IMG/VR virus record: IMGVR_UViG_3300027996_002186
Span: 124,001-188,000 of that record
DNA length: 64,000 nucleotides
Direction: 5' to 3' (one strand)
The notes under the pieces were generated by a model. The model had not been told where the DNA came from. It ran no database searches and saw only the letters and a program-made list of their open reading frames with translations. Numbering within the stretch: position 1 is the first letter of the stretch; each line of letters begins with the position of its first letter. The position numbers and the translations under genes are program-made. This document shows positions 1 through 9,280 of the stretch, in pieces.

Positions 1-639
1 AGTGAAGTAGATACGTTCAAGTGTAGTCAGGCAATAATGGATACTTTATGGTTATATAAATTTATGTATTTTGAGCATAACTTTATGAATATAGATGCTG
101 TTATATTAATGCCAGATGGTAATTCAATAGAAATGGCACGTGAAAAAAATATGTCTTCTGATAATAATATTAAGATGAAGGTCTCATTTGAGGTACAAAC
201 ATATTATCCAGCTTTTAGAAAAGATAGATATAATGGTGTGGGTTATCCTAGGAATTATGGTGATGGTATGACTGATTTAAATGGTCATACAATAGTAGAT
301 GGGTTTTCGGAGGGATTTGGTACTGATAACCCATCGAATTCTCCTGGACCGTTCGCGCCCGGAGGTGGTACTAATAACGTACCGAATTCTCCTTATGATT
401 ATATTGGTGGTCTAGATCCTAATATTAATACTGGTACTACACCATATGGTGCTACTGGTAATTATACATACATTCAAAATCCTAATGGTTCCGGTGATCC
501 TGATTATTATATCACACCTAAAAGAACTAGATGGTTTAATAATATACTAAGAGCTAGACAAAAATCTAGTATACCAATAAATAACCCAAATTCACAAGAT
601 CCTAATAATGGATCATCAGGAAATCCTTACACTCCGTAA
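1..639 (+). CDS. T4 gp15-like tail sheath stabilizer/terminator, 5'-truncated by the window edge; Pro/Gly/Asn-rich C-tail
   Basis: Frame is open from base 1 (SEVDTFKCSQAIM...). DTFKCSQAIMDTLW and SFEVQTYYP resemble gp15 segments. Morphogenesis context. Confidence 0.5.
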   Translation, partial: SEVDTFKCSQAIMDTLWLYKFMYFEHNFMNIDAVILMPDGNSIEMAREKNMSSDNNIKMKVSFEVQTYYPAFRKDRYNGVGYPRNYGDGMTDLNGHTIVDGFSEGFGTDNPSNSPGPFAPGGGTNNVPNSPYDYIGGLDPNINTGTTPYGATGNYTYIQNPNGSGDPDYYITPKRTRWFNNILRARQKSSIPINNPNSQDPNNGSSGNPYTP

Positions 640-696
640 ATATTTTACGATCTGTTAAAGGAATATATAAAAATGGTAAAAAATGACTTTTTACTA

Positions 697-706
697 TTAA
701 TATATA
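697..706 (+). promoter_or_regulatory. Putative late promoter core TTAATATATA
   Basis: Same decamer recurs upstream of many structural genes; 34 nt before ATG 741. Confidence 0.6.
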
Positions 707-740
707 ATAATAAGTAGAAAAAAAAATAATATTTTAAAGT

Positions 741-2024
741 ATGAAGAATCTTAAACTCGAGTTGTTTAACTTCAAGAAAAATCTTTCACTTGATCAAGAA
801 GACGTTGCACTTATTGTAGAGGGGCATATGAATGCTTGTAATGAGCATGCCGAGAAAGCAATAATTAATTCTCTTAATGAGAAATTAAGATCTTTCACGT
901 ATGATAGCGCTGTGAAGGGTCTATTGGAGAGTTTAAACGATGATATGTCAAATCACGAACTAATATATGAATTAAAAAGTTTATATAATGTTCTTAATAC
1001 CCAAAACCAAGGAGAGCTTTATAGACAACCAATTAATGTTCTTTTACAAACAATCAATTTAGAATCTGATGAAGATAGAATGTCTAAGGTTTTGAATGAA
1101 TTAGCTATTTATGACTGGGTTCCAGAAATTAAAGTATTTGTTCATAACTTAACAAAGTCTCCGGAGAAAAGAAATAACCTATTGAGTGGTGGTTCTGGTG
1201 AGTCAGTATTCACTATTGTTGAATCTGTTGAAGATGGTCACATCGCTTTAATTAAAGATTCTTGGTTCTTACTTACAGAAAATGTTATTGAAAAAACACT
1301 TTTAGAAAACCATGTTAAAAATGAAGAAGACTTAAAAAGTCTTAGAATGATTGAATCAGCTATGAAATATGCTACTATCAGTGAAGATAGAGTTAATTTC
1401 AGAATATCTGAATATCTAACAATTGGTCTTTCTGTTAGTAAAAAAGGTGGTATCTTTATTAATGAAGATGAATTAAATGAAGAAACTACATTAGAAAGTC
1501 TTTTCTCATCTCCAATTGTTCCTATTGTTAACAAAAACTTTTACCCTATTTTACTTGAGGTATCTCATAATATGGATAAATTTGTTGAATTGGATGTTGT
1601 TAAAAAGATTAATAACTTAATCAACCCTTATTTAGAGTGTTTTGCATTCAATTATAAAAACACTACTTTCTTATATAGATGTGATGAGAGATATGGTAAT
1701 TCATTCTTTAAGTATGAATCAGCTATCGAACTTGTTAATGAAGTAAGAAATGAACTTAATTATGATTTGACATATTTTTATGAAAATAAATTAGATGGTG
1801 AGTTAATCATTAAGAGAAAGCTTGAAGATAAAGAAAGAGAAATCACTCTTAAATTAGAGGATGTCAATTTCAATATTGAAAAGGTTAAAGGTTCTATACA
1901 AATGATTGGTGAATCGGAAGTTTTATCAACAGCTCTTAATAACCTAGAGAAAAGAAAAGTAAATCTTGATGGTGAATTATTGGGTATTAAAGAAGTACAA
2001 TTCAAAGAAGTAACTAAACTTTAA
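741..2024 (+). CDS. Hypothetical protein, probably virion/head-associated (427 aa, helical, many [LIV]-x-E sites)
   Basis: Long ORF with a late-type promoter and its own terminator; no recognisable motif. Confidence 0.6.
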   Translation: MKNLKLELFNFKKNLSLDQEDVALIVEGHMNACNEHAEKAIINSLNEKLRSFTYDSAVKGLLESLNDDMSNHELIYELKSLYNVLNTQNQGELYRQPINVLLQTINLESDEDRMSKVLNELAIYDWVPEIKVFVHNLTKSPEKRNNLLSGGSGESVFTIVESVEDGHIALIKDSWFLLTENVIEKTLLENHVKNEEDLKSLRMIESAMKYATISEDRVNFRISEYLTIGLSVSKKGGIFINEDELNEETTLESLFSSPIVPIVNKNFYPILLEVSHNMDKFVELDVVKKINNLINPYLECFAFNYKNTTFLYRCDERYGNSFFKYESAIELVNEVRNELNYDLTYFYENKLDGELIIKRKLEDKEREITLKLEDVNFNIEKVKGSIQMIGESEVLSTALNNLEKRKVNLDGELLGIKEVQFKEVTKL

Positions 2025-2042
2025 TTATAAAAAATAAATATT

Positions 2043-2074
2043 AAAAAATCCTCAAAGAAATTTGAGGATTTTTT
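2043..2074 (+). terminator. Intrinsic terminator
   Basis: Perfect 14-bp stem aaaaaatcctcaaa/tttgaggatttttt with GAAA loop. Confidence 0.85.
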
Positions 2075-2082
2075 GTTTATAT

Positions 2083-2109
2083 AAACTTTTCATGATTTAG
2101 TCCTATAAC
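2083..2109 (+). promoter_or_regulatory. Putative pre-replicative (middle) promoter AAAC-N17-TATAAC
   Basis: Motif and spacing recur upstream of about 12 enzyme genes. Confidence 0.55.
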
Positions 2110-2117
2110 ATGAAAGC

Positions 2118-2162
2118 ATGAAAGAACAAATAGAGTTCTATAAAAAAATAAATGCTAATTAA
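2118..2162 (+). CDS. Possible 14-aa leader ORF (MKEQIEFYKKINAN) abutting the late sigma start
   Basis: ATG 2118; TAA 2160-2162 is directly followed by ATG 2163. Confidence 0.25.
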   Translation: MKEQIEFYKKINAN

Positions 2163-2528
2163 ATGTACTTAAATAATAAAGATTTATATGTAGAGATTAT
2201 CGTATCAAAAGCCCAAGGAAGATTAACCAGATCGGCTGAAAAAATGTTAGAACTTCTAGCTAAAAAAACAATCAAAAAAATGAGATACTACTCAAATGAC
2301 GACAAAATGGATTGTTATCAAAGTGGGTTGTTGGATATGTTCCAAAACTGGTTCAACTTCAATGAGGAAAAATCGGTTAATGCCTTCGCATACTTTACAG
2401 AAGTCTTCAAGAGAGGTATTGCCAAGGGTTATAATGAACTTTATAAGAAAAAAGGTGATAACGAACACAAAATAAAATTAATCTCAATAGAGGGTTCTAA
2501 TGATGGTCAAGGTATTCACTCTTTGTAA
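2163..2528 (+). CDS. gp55: T4 gp55-like late transcription sigma factor
   Basis: YLNNKDL ... NFNEEKSVNAFAYFTEVF matches the gp55 YVNNKEL ... NFDETKYKNPHAYITQ pattern. Confidence 0.85.
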   Translation: MYLNNKDLYVEIIVSKAQGRLTRSAEKMLELLAKKTIKKMRYYSNDDKMDCYQSGLLDMFQNWFNFNEEKSVNAFAYFTEVFKRGIAKGYNELYKKKGDNEHKIKLISIEGSNDGQGIHSL

Positions 2529-2549
2529 TAAGTCATCAAAGGTATTCAC

Positions 2550-2633
2550 ATGTTTGGTCGGATCTCCGAATTTGAGAGAAACCAAATAAGAAAACAGAAA
2601 ATAAATAAGATACTAAAAAACCCACTCAAATAA
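2550..2633 (+). CDS. Possible 27-aa ORF MFGRISEFERNQIRKQKINKILKNPLK carrying the RxxKINxIL motif
   Basis: Hand translation. Lies between gp55 and a terminator; motif shared with other ORFs. Confidence 0.4.
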   Translation: MFGRISEFERNQIRKQKINKILKNPLK

Positions 2634-2649
2634 ATGAGTGGGTTTTTTT
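2615..2649. terminator. Bidirectional intrinsic terminator
   Basis: aaaaaacccactca/tgagtgggtttttt stem between convergent genes. Confidence 0.85.
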
Positions 2650-2667
2650 ATTTAATATAAATTATAT

Positions 2668-3750
2668 TTATACTGAAACTGGTACTTCACTAAATATCGT
2701 CTCTAACATTCTTTCAGTAACTTGGTATGGGTCACAATTAGAAGCTGGTCTTCTATCTTCAAAATACCCTTTCTTATCAACAATTGATTGTGCTGGTATT
2801 CTAATACTTGTGTCTCTCGTACTGTAACCGTGTGTAAATTCGTGTATAGTTGAAGTTTCATGTTCTCCTGTCATTCTCTTATCATTCTCTAATCCATATA
2901 CTGCCATGTGCTCTTTGTGAGTTTCTTTTAATTTCATAACAGCTTCATCTATTAAAGATAATCCACCTTCTTCTCTCATTTCCTTTGTTGAGAAGTTAAC
3001 GTGACACCCTGATCCATTCCAATCACCAGTCATTGGCTTTGGGTGTAATGATACAATAACATTGTATTTTTCAGCTACCCTTTCTAATAAGTATCTAGAT
3101 ACCCACATTTGGTCACATCCATTTAGTGGTTTCACTGGTCCAATTTGATATTCCCATTGGCCTAACATAACTTCCGCATTTACTCCTGAGATGTCTAAAT
3201 CAATTTCTATACACATATTCATATGATCTTCAACTATACCTCTACCAACAACACTATCAGATCCTATACCACAATAATAATCTCCTTGTTGTCTTGGTTC
3301 ACCTTTTTCGAATCCTAATGGTAGTGCTCCATTCGTTCCAAATGGATTTCTATCTTTCTTCGTTAAAGTGTATTCTTGTTCCCATCCAAACCAAGGTAAT
3401 TCATCCTTTTCGATTGTTTCGTCTATACCTAGTTCTTCGATTTTTTCTTGTAGTTTGTTTCTGTGATTACTTTCGTGTTGTGTACCATCTGGGTTTAATA
3501 CCTCACAAAAAACTAATTTGTTTTGGTCACCTCTAAATGGGTCCTTAGTTATGAAAACTGGATTTAGTAAACAATCTGTATTCTTCCCCTTTCCCGCTTC
3601 TGCTTGTTTTGTTGAACTTCCATCAAATGACCACATTGAGTAGTCTTCCACTTTTAAGGAATCCTTTGTTTTAATTACTTTTGTTTTACTTCTTAGTTGT
3701 TGTGGATTTGACCCATCCAACCATATATACTCTAATTTAATATTTTGCAT
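2668..3750 (-). CDS. glnA: Glutamine synthetase type II (GSII)
   Basis: LEYIWLDG, WSFDGSST, EQEY, QWEYQIGP, HPKP, WNGSGCH, GYFEDRRP, DPY; about 360 aa, typical of GSII. Confidence 0.95.
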   Translation of the reverse strand: MQNIKLEYIWLDGSNPQQLRSKTKVIKTKDSLKVEDYSMWSFDGSSTKQAEAGKGKNTDCLLNPVFITKDPFRGDQNKLVFCEVLNPDGTQHESNHRNKLQEKIEELGIDETIEKDELPWFGWEQEYTLTKKDRNPFGTNGALPLGFEKGEPRQQGDYYCGIGSDSVVGRGIVEDHMNMCIEIDLDISGVNAEVMLGQWEYQIGPVKPLNGCDQMWVSRYLLERVAEKYNVIVSLHPKPMTGDWNGSGCHVNFSTKEMREEGGLSLIDEAVMKLKETHKEHMAVYGLENDKRMTGEHETSTIHEFTHGYSTRDTSIRIPAQSIVDKKGYFEDRRPASNCDPYQVTERMLETIFSEVPVSV

Positions 3751-3798
3751 AAAAATAGTTTTTGTTTTTGTTTTTATTTTTATTTTTACTTTTTTTTT

Positions 3799-3823
3799 AA
3801 ACTTTGTTTACTTTTTAATATAA
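3799..3823 (+). promoter_or_regulatory. Putative middle promoter AAAC-N16-TATAA
   Basis: Recurring motif upstream of 3847. Confidence 0.4.
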
Positions 3824-3846
3824 AAAAACATATATAAAATATAATT

Positions 3847-4143
3847 ATGAATAAAGTTATTTTACAAATATGGGAAGAATCAGAGAGGGGTCAAGGATCA
3901 CGGCCTGATGGTTGCTCTTTACACATTGATTTAAATAATCAAAAAAAATATGTAAAGGATTCTTATGAAGATAGAAGTGGTGATGTTCCTGATACCTATG
4001 AAAGAATTGTTGGTGATCCAATAGAGGCTTTTATTGATGATGGTTTATTTGATATTATCAATGAAGATAAAAATGTTAGATTATTTGAAAATGAGTTAAA
4101 TAATCTAATAAAAATGGAAGAAATTATAATAAATCATGATTAA
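3847..4143 (+). CDS. Hypothetical protein (98 aa)
   Basis: ORF with A-rich leader, overlapping the next gene. Confidence 0.7.
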   Translation: MNKVILQIWEESERGQGSRPDGCSLHIDLNNQKKYVKDSYEDRSGDVPDTYERIVGDPIEAFIDDGLFDIINEDKNVRLFENELNNLIKMEEIIINHD

Positions 4144-4477
4144 TGTATTTTACATATTACCTATTTTATTCATTTTTATGAATGTTTATCATATGCTTAA
4201 GAATAAGCAATTAGATAAGAGATTTAGAGAAAGAGATATAATTGGTATGTCAAGATTGGATATTATATATTATTTTACTAAAATTTCATATTGGATATGG
4301 GTACCAATTGGTTTCTTTACTAATCAACCAGAACTATTCTATGTATTATTTGTTTTGGGATTTTTGAAATTTCCCACTTACCATTTTAATAAAAATATTT
4401 TCAGGATCTATAATGATATATACCCAATTTTTTCTATATCCACACTAATTACAATTTTTTTTCATTGGTTGTTTTGA
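4136..4477 (+). CDS. Hypothetical membrane protein (about 4 TM)
   Basis: Several hydrophobic segments. Confidence 0.65.
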   Translation: MINVFYILPILFIFMNVYHMLKNKQLDKRFRERDIIGMSRLDIIYYFTKISYWIWVPIGFFTNQPELFYVLFVLGFLKFPTYHFNKNIFRIYNDIYPIFSISTLITIFFHWLF

Positions 4478-5310
4478 AATTCGTACCATTTTTCAATATT
4501 AATAGATTCTGATACATCAAAGTTTTTAAAATTCTTAATTCTTGGTAATCTACCTTTCCATTTTTTATTTAAAAATAATAGTTTGTTTTTATCAATTTTA
4601 CAATTTTTATTCGAAATACTACCCTCATTAAAAAGGTTTATCATTTCATCCATACTTAATGTTTTATGTTTTTTGTCAAAATTTGGATCCGGATGCGACC
4701 ATCCAAATTTTACTAACCAATTTAATAAAACTTCTTTACTATATTCTTTGTAATCCTCTGTTGTTCCATTACCAGTTCTTTTCGATAGTTTTTTATTACC
4801 TTCGAATAAAAGACCAGCATGTGTTATTTCTGGAAATTGTTTATCAGACTCAACCTCACAAATTTTATTCCATATTATTCTTTGTTTTATTTCATTAGAA
4901 ATATGATCTACACCTCTTACTATATTTGTTACGTCATAATCATAATCATCTAATATAGAAGAGAAGTTATAGGTTGGGAATCCATTATTTCTAAGTATAA
5001 CCATTTCATAACCACCCATATCTAACACATAACCCTTTTCAGTTTTCGTTCCGATTTTCTCAGCAACTTCTTTATATCTGTCTAATCTTTCTGATTGTCT
5101 AAATGTTATATCACTATCCAAACCAAATTTATTCATTTGATCATAGATATAATCTATCCATTCTGGTTTATTTCTTTCTTGATCGGTGTCATCAATACGT
5201 AGTATGAAAGTACCATTGTTAGCTTTAGCCATTAAATAGTTTAGCAATGCTGTTCTTAAAGTTCCTAAGTGGAATTGTCCTGTTGGTGACGGAGCTACTC
5301 TTGTTATCAT
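4462..5310 (-). CDS. Minimal glutamyl-tRNA synthetase-like protein (gltX-like catalytic core, shortened CP insertion, no anticodon-binding domain)
   Basis: RVAPSPTG, HLGT (HIGH), LRIDDTD, PTYNF, RGVDH, KLSKR (KMSKS), stem-contact GWS...KLLFLN; only 282 aa. Confidence 0.85.
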   Translation of the reverse strand: MITRVAPSPTGQFHLGTLRTALLNYLMAKANNGTFILRIDDTDQERNKPEWIDYIYDQMNKFGLDSDITFRQSERLDRYKEVAEKIGTKTEKGYVLDMGGYEMVILRNNGFPTYNFSSILDDYDYDVTNIVRGVDHISNEIKQRIIWNKICEVESDKQFPEITHAGLLFEGNKKLSKRTGNGTTEDYKEYSKEVLLNWLVKFGWSHPDPNFDKKHKTLSMDEMINLFNEGSISNKNCKIDKNKLLFLNKKWKGRLPRIKNFKNFDVSESINIEKWYEFQNNQ

Positions 5311-5335
5311 AATAATATTATTTTTACTTATTAAG

Positions 5336-5345
5336 TATATATTAA
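5336..5345 (-). promoter_or_regulatory. Putative late promoter core TTAATATATA
   Basis: Reverse complement tatatattaa, 25 nt upstream of the GluRS-like gene. Confidence 0.5.
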
Positions 5346-5365
5346 AAATAATATGAGTAAATTTT

Positions 5366-5887
5366 TTAACTAAACATTTTCAAATGATCTTCTGTTATTA
5401 TAATAAATTCATAACCCTTTTTATTACACCAATTTATCATAGTTTCCCATTTATTCTTGTTCTTATATGCCATTTTTAAGTCATACTCGAAGTTTTTCAA
5501 CTTTTTAGTTCCTTTTTCAGGAACACTAAGTTTACCAGCATTAAGAGCGATTACCATATTATATTCCTTTTTAGGTTTTACTTCAACAACTACTTGTTTT
5601 AGTACACCATTTACCCTCATTTCATAATAGAAATCTACATAATACGTATGTTTTTTAACTTTAGCATCTCCATTTTCAAAATGTGTCATTTGGTAAGGTA
5701 TATTTAAACATTCGGCTCCCCACATTGTTACTTGATCATTATTATCTAACCAAAACATTATTTTCTTTTCCCAAGAACTCCTATAATAAAGTCCACGTTC
5801 AGCATTTAACTTTATCACTTTATCTTTATTTTTTGGTATATAATTACCACCATGATATTTAGAATTATTTGGTTTCGAGTTTAACAT
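5366..5887 (-). CDS. gp4: T4 gp4-like head completion nuclease (TnsA-like PD-(D/E)xK)
   Basis: YIPKNKDK, YRSSWE, WLDNN, W.AE...IPY, YYVDFY, VEVKP, NKNKW. Confidence 0.85.
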   Translation of the reverse strand: MLNSKPNNSKYHGGNYIPKNKDKVIKLNAERGLYYRSSWEKKIMFWLDNNDQVTMWGAECLNIPYQMTHFENGDAKVKKHTYYVDFYYEMRVNGVLKQVVVEVKPKKEYNMVIALNAGKLSVPEKGTKKLKNFEYDLKMAYKNKNKWETMINWCNKKGYEFIIITEDHLKMFS

Positions 5888-5926
5888 TATGATTATAATT
5901 TTTTTTATATATAAAAGAAAAATGTC

Positions 5927-6643
5927 TTGATGGGTGAATTAGCAGAAAGAGTTAAAATAAATTTATTGGTTAATGGTAATGGCATTCCGGATAACTTCAA
6001 AAATAATTCTTTATTTTTTTATAATAAATATCAAGAATCTACTAAGGAGGTTCTAGGAGTTTCTGTTACTGATATACAACCTGGAGGGTTTTATTTTATA
6101 CACTATTTAGATACCTCTAGTTGGATGCAATTTTCTCCAGTTTTTGTATCTGATTATAAGAAATTCTCAAATAAAATTATTATATTTGCTATCAACTTTA
6201 ACTTTATACCTATTGAGGTTAGAACATTGTTATTTGATCAGTATGTTAGTGAACAAGACTTTGAGAATGATGCTTTATTAAAAGTTGATTATAAAGGTGT
6301 TTATGATAAATTAAGAGATTTGGGTTTTGAATATGCTATGGTGGAGTATGATGCTTCAAGAGTTAAATTAGTACATAAAATAGAATTAGACCTATTACCA
6401 AGATTTTTATATTCACAACATCCTAAAAATATTTATGACCCTAAGAAGTTAATACAAATATGGGATGCTAAGATAGCTAATAGGGATGAGAGACATAAAG
6501 AAATGATGATGGCTAGTATAGATGAATTCTTTGATATAAATAATGATATATCGGAGAAGTATGGTGTTCTTAGAAACCACGTTTCTAGAATACGAAATAA
6601 TATGAAGAAGTATGGACCGGGAGGTTCTAACACATGGACTTAA
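5927..6643 (+). CDS. gp2: T4 gp2-like DNA end protector
   Basis: PGGFYFIHY...SPVFV...AINFNFIP resembles gp2 PGRIYAFAY...FPLII...GLNLHYIP; adjacent to gp4 as in T4. Confidence 0.65.
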   Translation: MMGELAERVKINLLVNGNGIPDNFKNNSLFFYNKYQESTKEVLGVSVTDIQPGGFYFIHYLDTSSWMQFSPVFVSDYKKFSNKIIIFAINFNFIPIEVRTLLFDQYVSEQDFENDALLKVDYKGVYDKLRDLGFEYAMVEYDASRVKLVHKIELDLLPRFLYSQHPKNIYDPKKLIQIWDAKIANRDERHKEMMMASIDEFFDINNDISEKYGVLRNHVSRIRNNMKKYGPGGSNTWT

Positions 6644-6655
6644 AAAATAATAATA

Positions 6656-7006
6656 ATGAGAATTTTCAGAAAAAGTAAAAAAGAACTTAGTGGTGATGTA
6701 AAACCTATGGGTATTAAATATACAATAGAAAGACCAAGTGAGTCTGATATTGCTAACTTACAGAGGCAAAGAGAAAATATGAAAAAGCCAATTACTAATA
6801 AGGTTGATAAGATGATTTTACAGGATATTTCGGATAGATTATATGGTCCTGATTCTGATGATTATATTAAATCGTTGAATAAATTGAATAAATTATTTAA
6901 ACCTAGAGCTGGAAAATCATGTAATGATTTCTTTGATCCAGATATAGTGGAGAATGTCAAGAAAAACCAGAAAAAAATAAATGAAATAATAAAACACGAG
7001 TCTTAG
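6656..7006 (+). CDS. Hypothetical protein (116 aa)
   Basis: ORF; C-terminal QKKINEII weakly resembles the recurring motif. Confidence 0.65.
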   Translation: MRIFRKSKKELSGDVKPMGIKYTIERPSESDIANLQRQRENMKKPITNKVDKMILQDISDRLYGPDSDDYIKSLNKLNKLFKPRAGKSCNDFFDPDIVENVKKNQKKINEIIKHES

Positions 7007-7019
7007 CTCGTGTTTTTTT
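6991..7019 (+). terminator. Intrinsic terminator
   Basis: aaaacacgag/ctcgtgtttt stem plus T-run. Confidence 0.75.
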
Positions 7020-7042
7020 GTTACAGGAGGTAGGTGTTAAAA

Positions 7043-7052
7043 TTAATATATA
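7043..7052 (+). promoter_or_regulatory. Putative late promoter core TTAATATATA
   Basis: 27 nt upstream of the portal ATG. Confidence 0.6.
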
Positions 7053-7079
7053 ACTTAAATTTTTAAATTATTTTAATAT

Positions 7080-8777
7080 ATGCCATCATATAATAACTTT
7101 AACGGAGCAGCAGGAGCAGATTCTAACTTCGCTGCTAGTAATTCAGCAGTTGAGAATAAAGGACTATTTAGTCGTATTCTAAGAAACCTTTCAAATTATG
7201 GTATGAACTATGATGATATGATCATCAGAAATCAAGTTGGTATCGGTATAAATGAGGATCCATATTCAGCTAGAGGTAATTCGATGTATGATTTCTTTAG
7301 TCAGAGAGCTGTGGCTTCTGTTTTGAATAGAAAGTCAATACCTTATCTAGATAAAGCATATGGTGATAAGAGAAGAATACTTAGAGAGTATTCTATTAAG
7401 GATGAAATAAGAGATTTTGTGAGTACTATATCGGATGAGTCTATTGTTTTTAATGATGATGTTGCCTTTTGCTCACCTAAATCACTATCAAATGAATATC
7501 CACAAGAAGTAAGAGATAAGTATCAAGAATATTTCGAAAAAATATACAATAAGTATGGATTTTCTGATGGTATTAGTGCTTGGGATATGATGAGAGATTT
7601 CCTTATTGATGGTTATATAGCTATTGAGATTATATATGATGATAAGAAAAAGAATATTGTTGGTTTCAATAGAATGAGACCAGAAACTTTAGTACCTGCT
7701 TATGAACCAGCTATTGGACACTTATGGATACAATTTCCAGAGGATCCACAATTAAGGAGAATATTTTTAGATTCACAAATAGTTTATATATCATATTCAA
7801 CACAGAATGATTATTCAGAAACTTCTTATGTTGAAGGTTTGATAAAACCATATAATCAATTAAAAATATTAGAACAAACTAGAATAATGTTCAATGTTAT
7901 AAACGCTACTCTTTATCAAAAATTTACAATTCCTATTAAAGGATTGTCTAGACAAAGAGCAGAAGAACAAATAGGTCAGTTAATACATGATTATTCAGAA
8001 GAAGTTGAGTGGGATGATAGTCTAGGAACACTTACTATCAATGGTGCTAAGCACTTACCTTACAATAAACAAATATGGTTTCCTGAGGGAGATGCTGGTA
8101 CTCCTAATATGGAGATGGTTTCACCAGAAGGTCATGATTTGAATGATGAAACTATGTTATCTTGGTTTTATAAGTCTCTTAAAAGAGCTTCTAAGATACC
8201 TATATCTAGATTCGAAGGTGAAAATGGTGGTGGTAACCTTTTTGGTGACGCTTCTGAGATGACTAGAGATGAGATTAAATTTCACAATTTTATTAGTAGA
8301 TTAAGAGCTAACTTTAAAGAACTTATTGTTAAGCCACTTAAATTACAAATGTTAATTGAGTTTCCTGAATTAACAGAGGATGAGGTATTTACTAATAGAG
8401 TTGATATTGACTTCTATACTAATCAAATATTTGAAGATTGGAAGAAGATAAATAACTTAGCTAAGAAATCAGAAATAGTTGGAACTTTATTAGGTGTTAT
8501 GAGAACAGATGAAAAACCTTATTTTCACATTGAGTGGATAATGGATAATATATTCAAGCTTACTCCAGAGGAGAAAGCTGAGAATGACAGGTATTGGGCT
8601 CGTGATGCTGGTGAAGGTGTTGGTTCTGGTGAAGAAGGCGCTGAAGGCGGAGATGATGGAGGCGACTTTGGTGAATCTGGTGATGTTGGTGGTGTAGATG
8701 ATGCTGGTGGTGGAGATGATGGTGGAGATGCTGGTGGAGATGCTGGTGGAGATGACGGTGGAGAATTTGAATTCTAA
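7080..8777 (+). CDS. gp20: Portal vertex protein (T4 gp20-like)
   Basis: FLIDG.IAIE, LIKPYNQLKILE, WFPEG, KSLKRASKIPISRF, TRDEIKFHNFI.RLR.NF; Gly/Asp-rich tail. Confidence 0.92.
   Translation: MPSYNNFNGAAGADSNFAASNSAVENKGLFSRILRNLSNYGMNYDDMIIRNQVGIGINEDPYSARGNSMYDFFSQRAVASVLNRKSIPYLDKAYGDKRRILREYSIKDEIRDFVSTISDESIVFNDDVAFCSPKSLSNEYPQEVRDKYQEYFEKIYNKYGFSDGISAWDMMRDFLIDGYIAIEIIYDDKKKNIVGFNRMRPETLVPAYEPAIGHLWIQFPEDPQLRRIFLDSQIVYISYSTQNDYSETSYVEGLIKPYNQLKILEQTRIMFNVINATLYQKFTIPIKGLSRQRAEEQIGQLIHDYSEEVEWDDSLGTLTINGAKHLPYNKQIWFPEGDAGTPNMEMVSPEGHDLNDETMLSWFYKSLKRASKIPISRFEGENGGGNLFGDASEMTRDEIKFHNFISRLRANFKELIVKPLKLQMLIEFPELTEDEVFTNRVDIDFYTNQIFEDWKKINNLAKKSEIVGTLLGVMRTDEKPYFHIEWIMDNIFKLTPEEKAENDRYWARDAGEGVGSGEEGAEGGDDGGDFGESGDVGGVDDAGGGDDGGDAGGDAGGDDGGEFEF
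8610..8774 (+). repeat. Low-complexity coding repeat (GGDA/GGDD units) at the portal C-terminus
   Basis: ggtggagatgct-type 12-mers. Confidence 0.8.
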
Positions 8778-8794
8778 AAGATATTTAAAAAAGG

Positions 8795-8826
8795 AAACCT
8801 CTTAAAATTAATTAAGAGGTTTTTTT
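8795..8826. terminator. Bidirectional intrinsic terminator
   Basis: aaacctcttaa/ttaagaggttt stem between convergent genes. Confidence 0.75.
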
Positions 8827-9280
8827 ATGCCGCAGTTTTTGGGTCGGGTATATCAAAGTAAAATTGTGTTACGCTATTACAACTTGGAAGTTTCATTTGT
8901 TTAACTTCTAGTAAACACCCCGATTCTAATATGTTTTTTAATTCTTTACCTTTTGGTGTATCTAGAACTTTTAATACTATTTTTAACTCATCCACTTTAT
9001 TATTCGTTATGATAAAAGACATTGACCTAACAAAAAATGATATACTTTTTAATAATATATCAGAATATTCTGGTTTTCCTAAACTACCATATACCGGACT
9101 ATTTATTTTTGATATTTCGGTTACGTCAAATCCAATCCTTTTACCTTCGTTTAATAAAACATTAAGTTTTATCTCACGTTTATATTGTATCCATTGTGGA
9201 AATTTAGTTAGTAATCGATCATAGTTATTTAACTCAACATCATTTCCTAAAACAACATTATATTCTAGTAAATCATCCAT
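8825..9280 (-). CDS. Catalytically dead paralog of the gp21-type prohead protease
   Basis: VYGSLGKPE vs own protease VYGEFDHPD; KVLDTPKGKELKNILESGC vs KLLSTYWGKEAKALVDDGC; the VSSR motif is absent. Confidence 0.55.
   Translation of the reverse strand: MDDLLEYNVVLGNDVELNNYDRLLTKFPQWIQYKREIKLNVLLNEGKRIGFDVTEISKINSPVYGSLGKPEYSDILLKSISFFVRSMSFIITNNKVDELKIVLKVLDTPKGKELKNILESGCLLEVKQMKLPSCNSVTQFYFDIPDPKTAA

Noticed and set aside
3755-3800. TTTTTG/TTTTTA microsatellite-like run
   Set aside because: It is the A-rich 5' leader of glnA on the minus strand, typical of SD-less translation.
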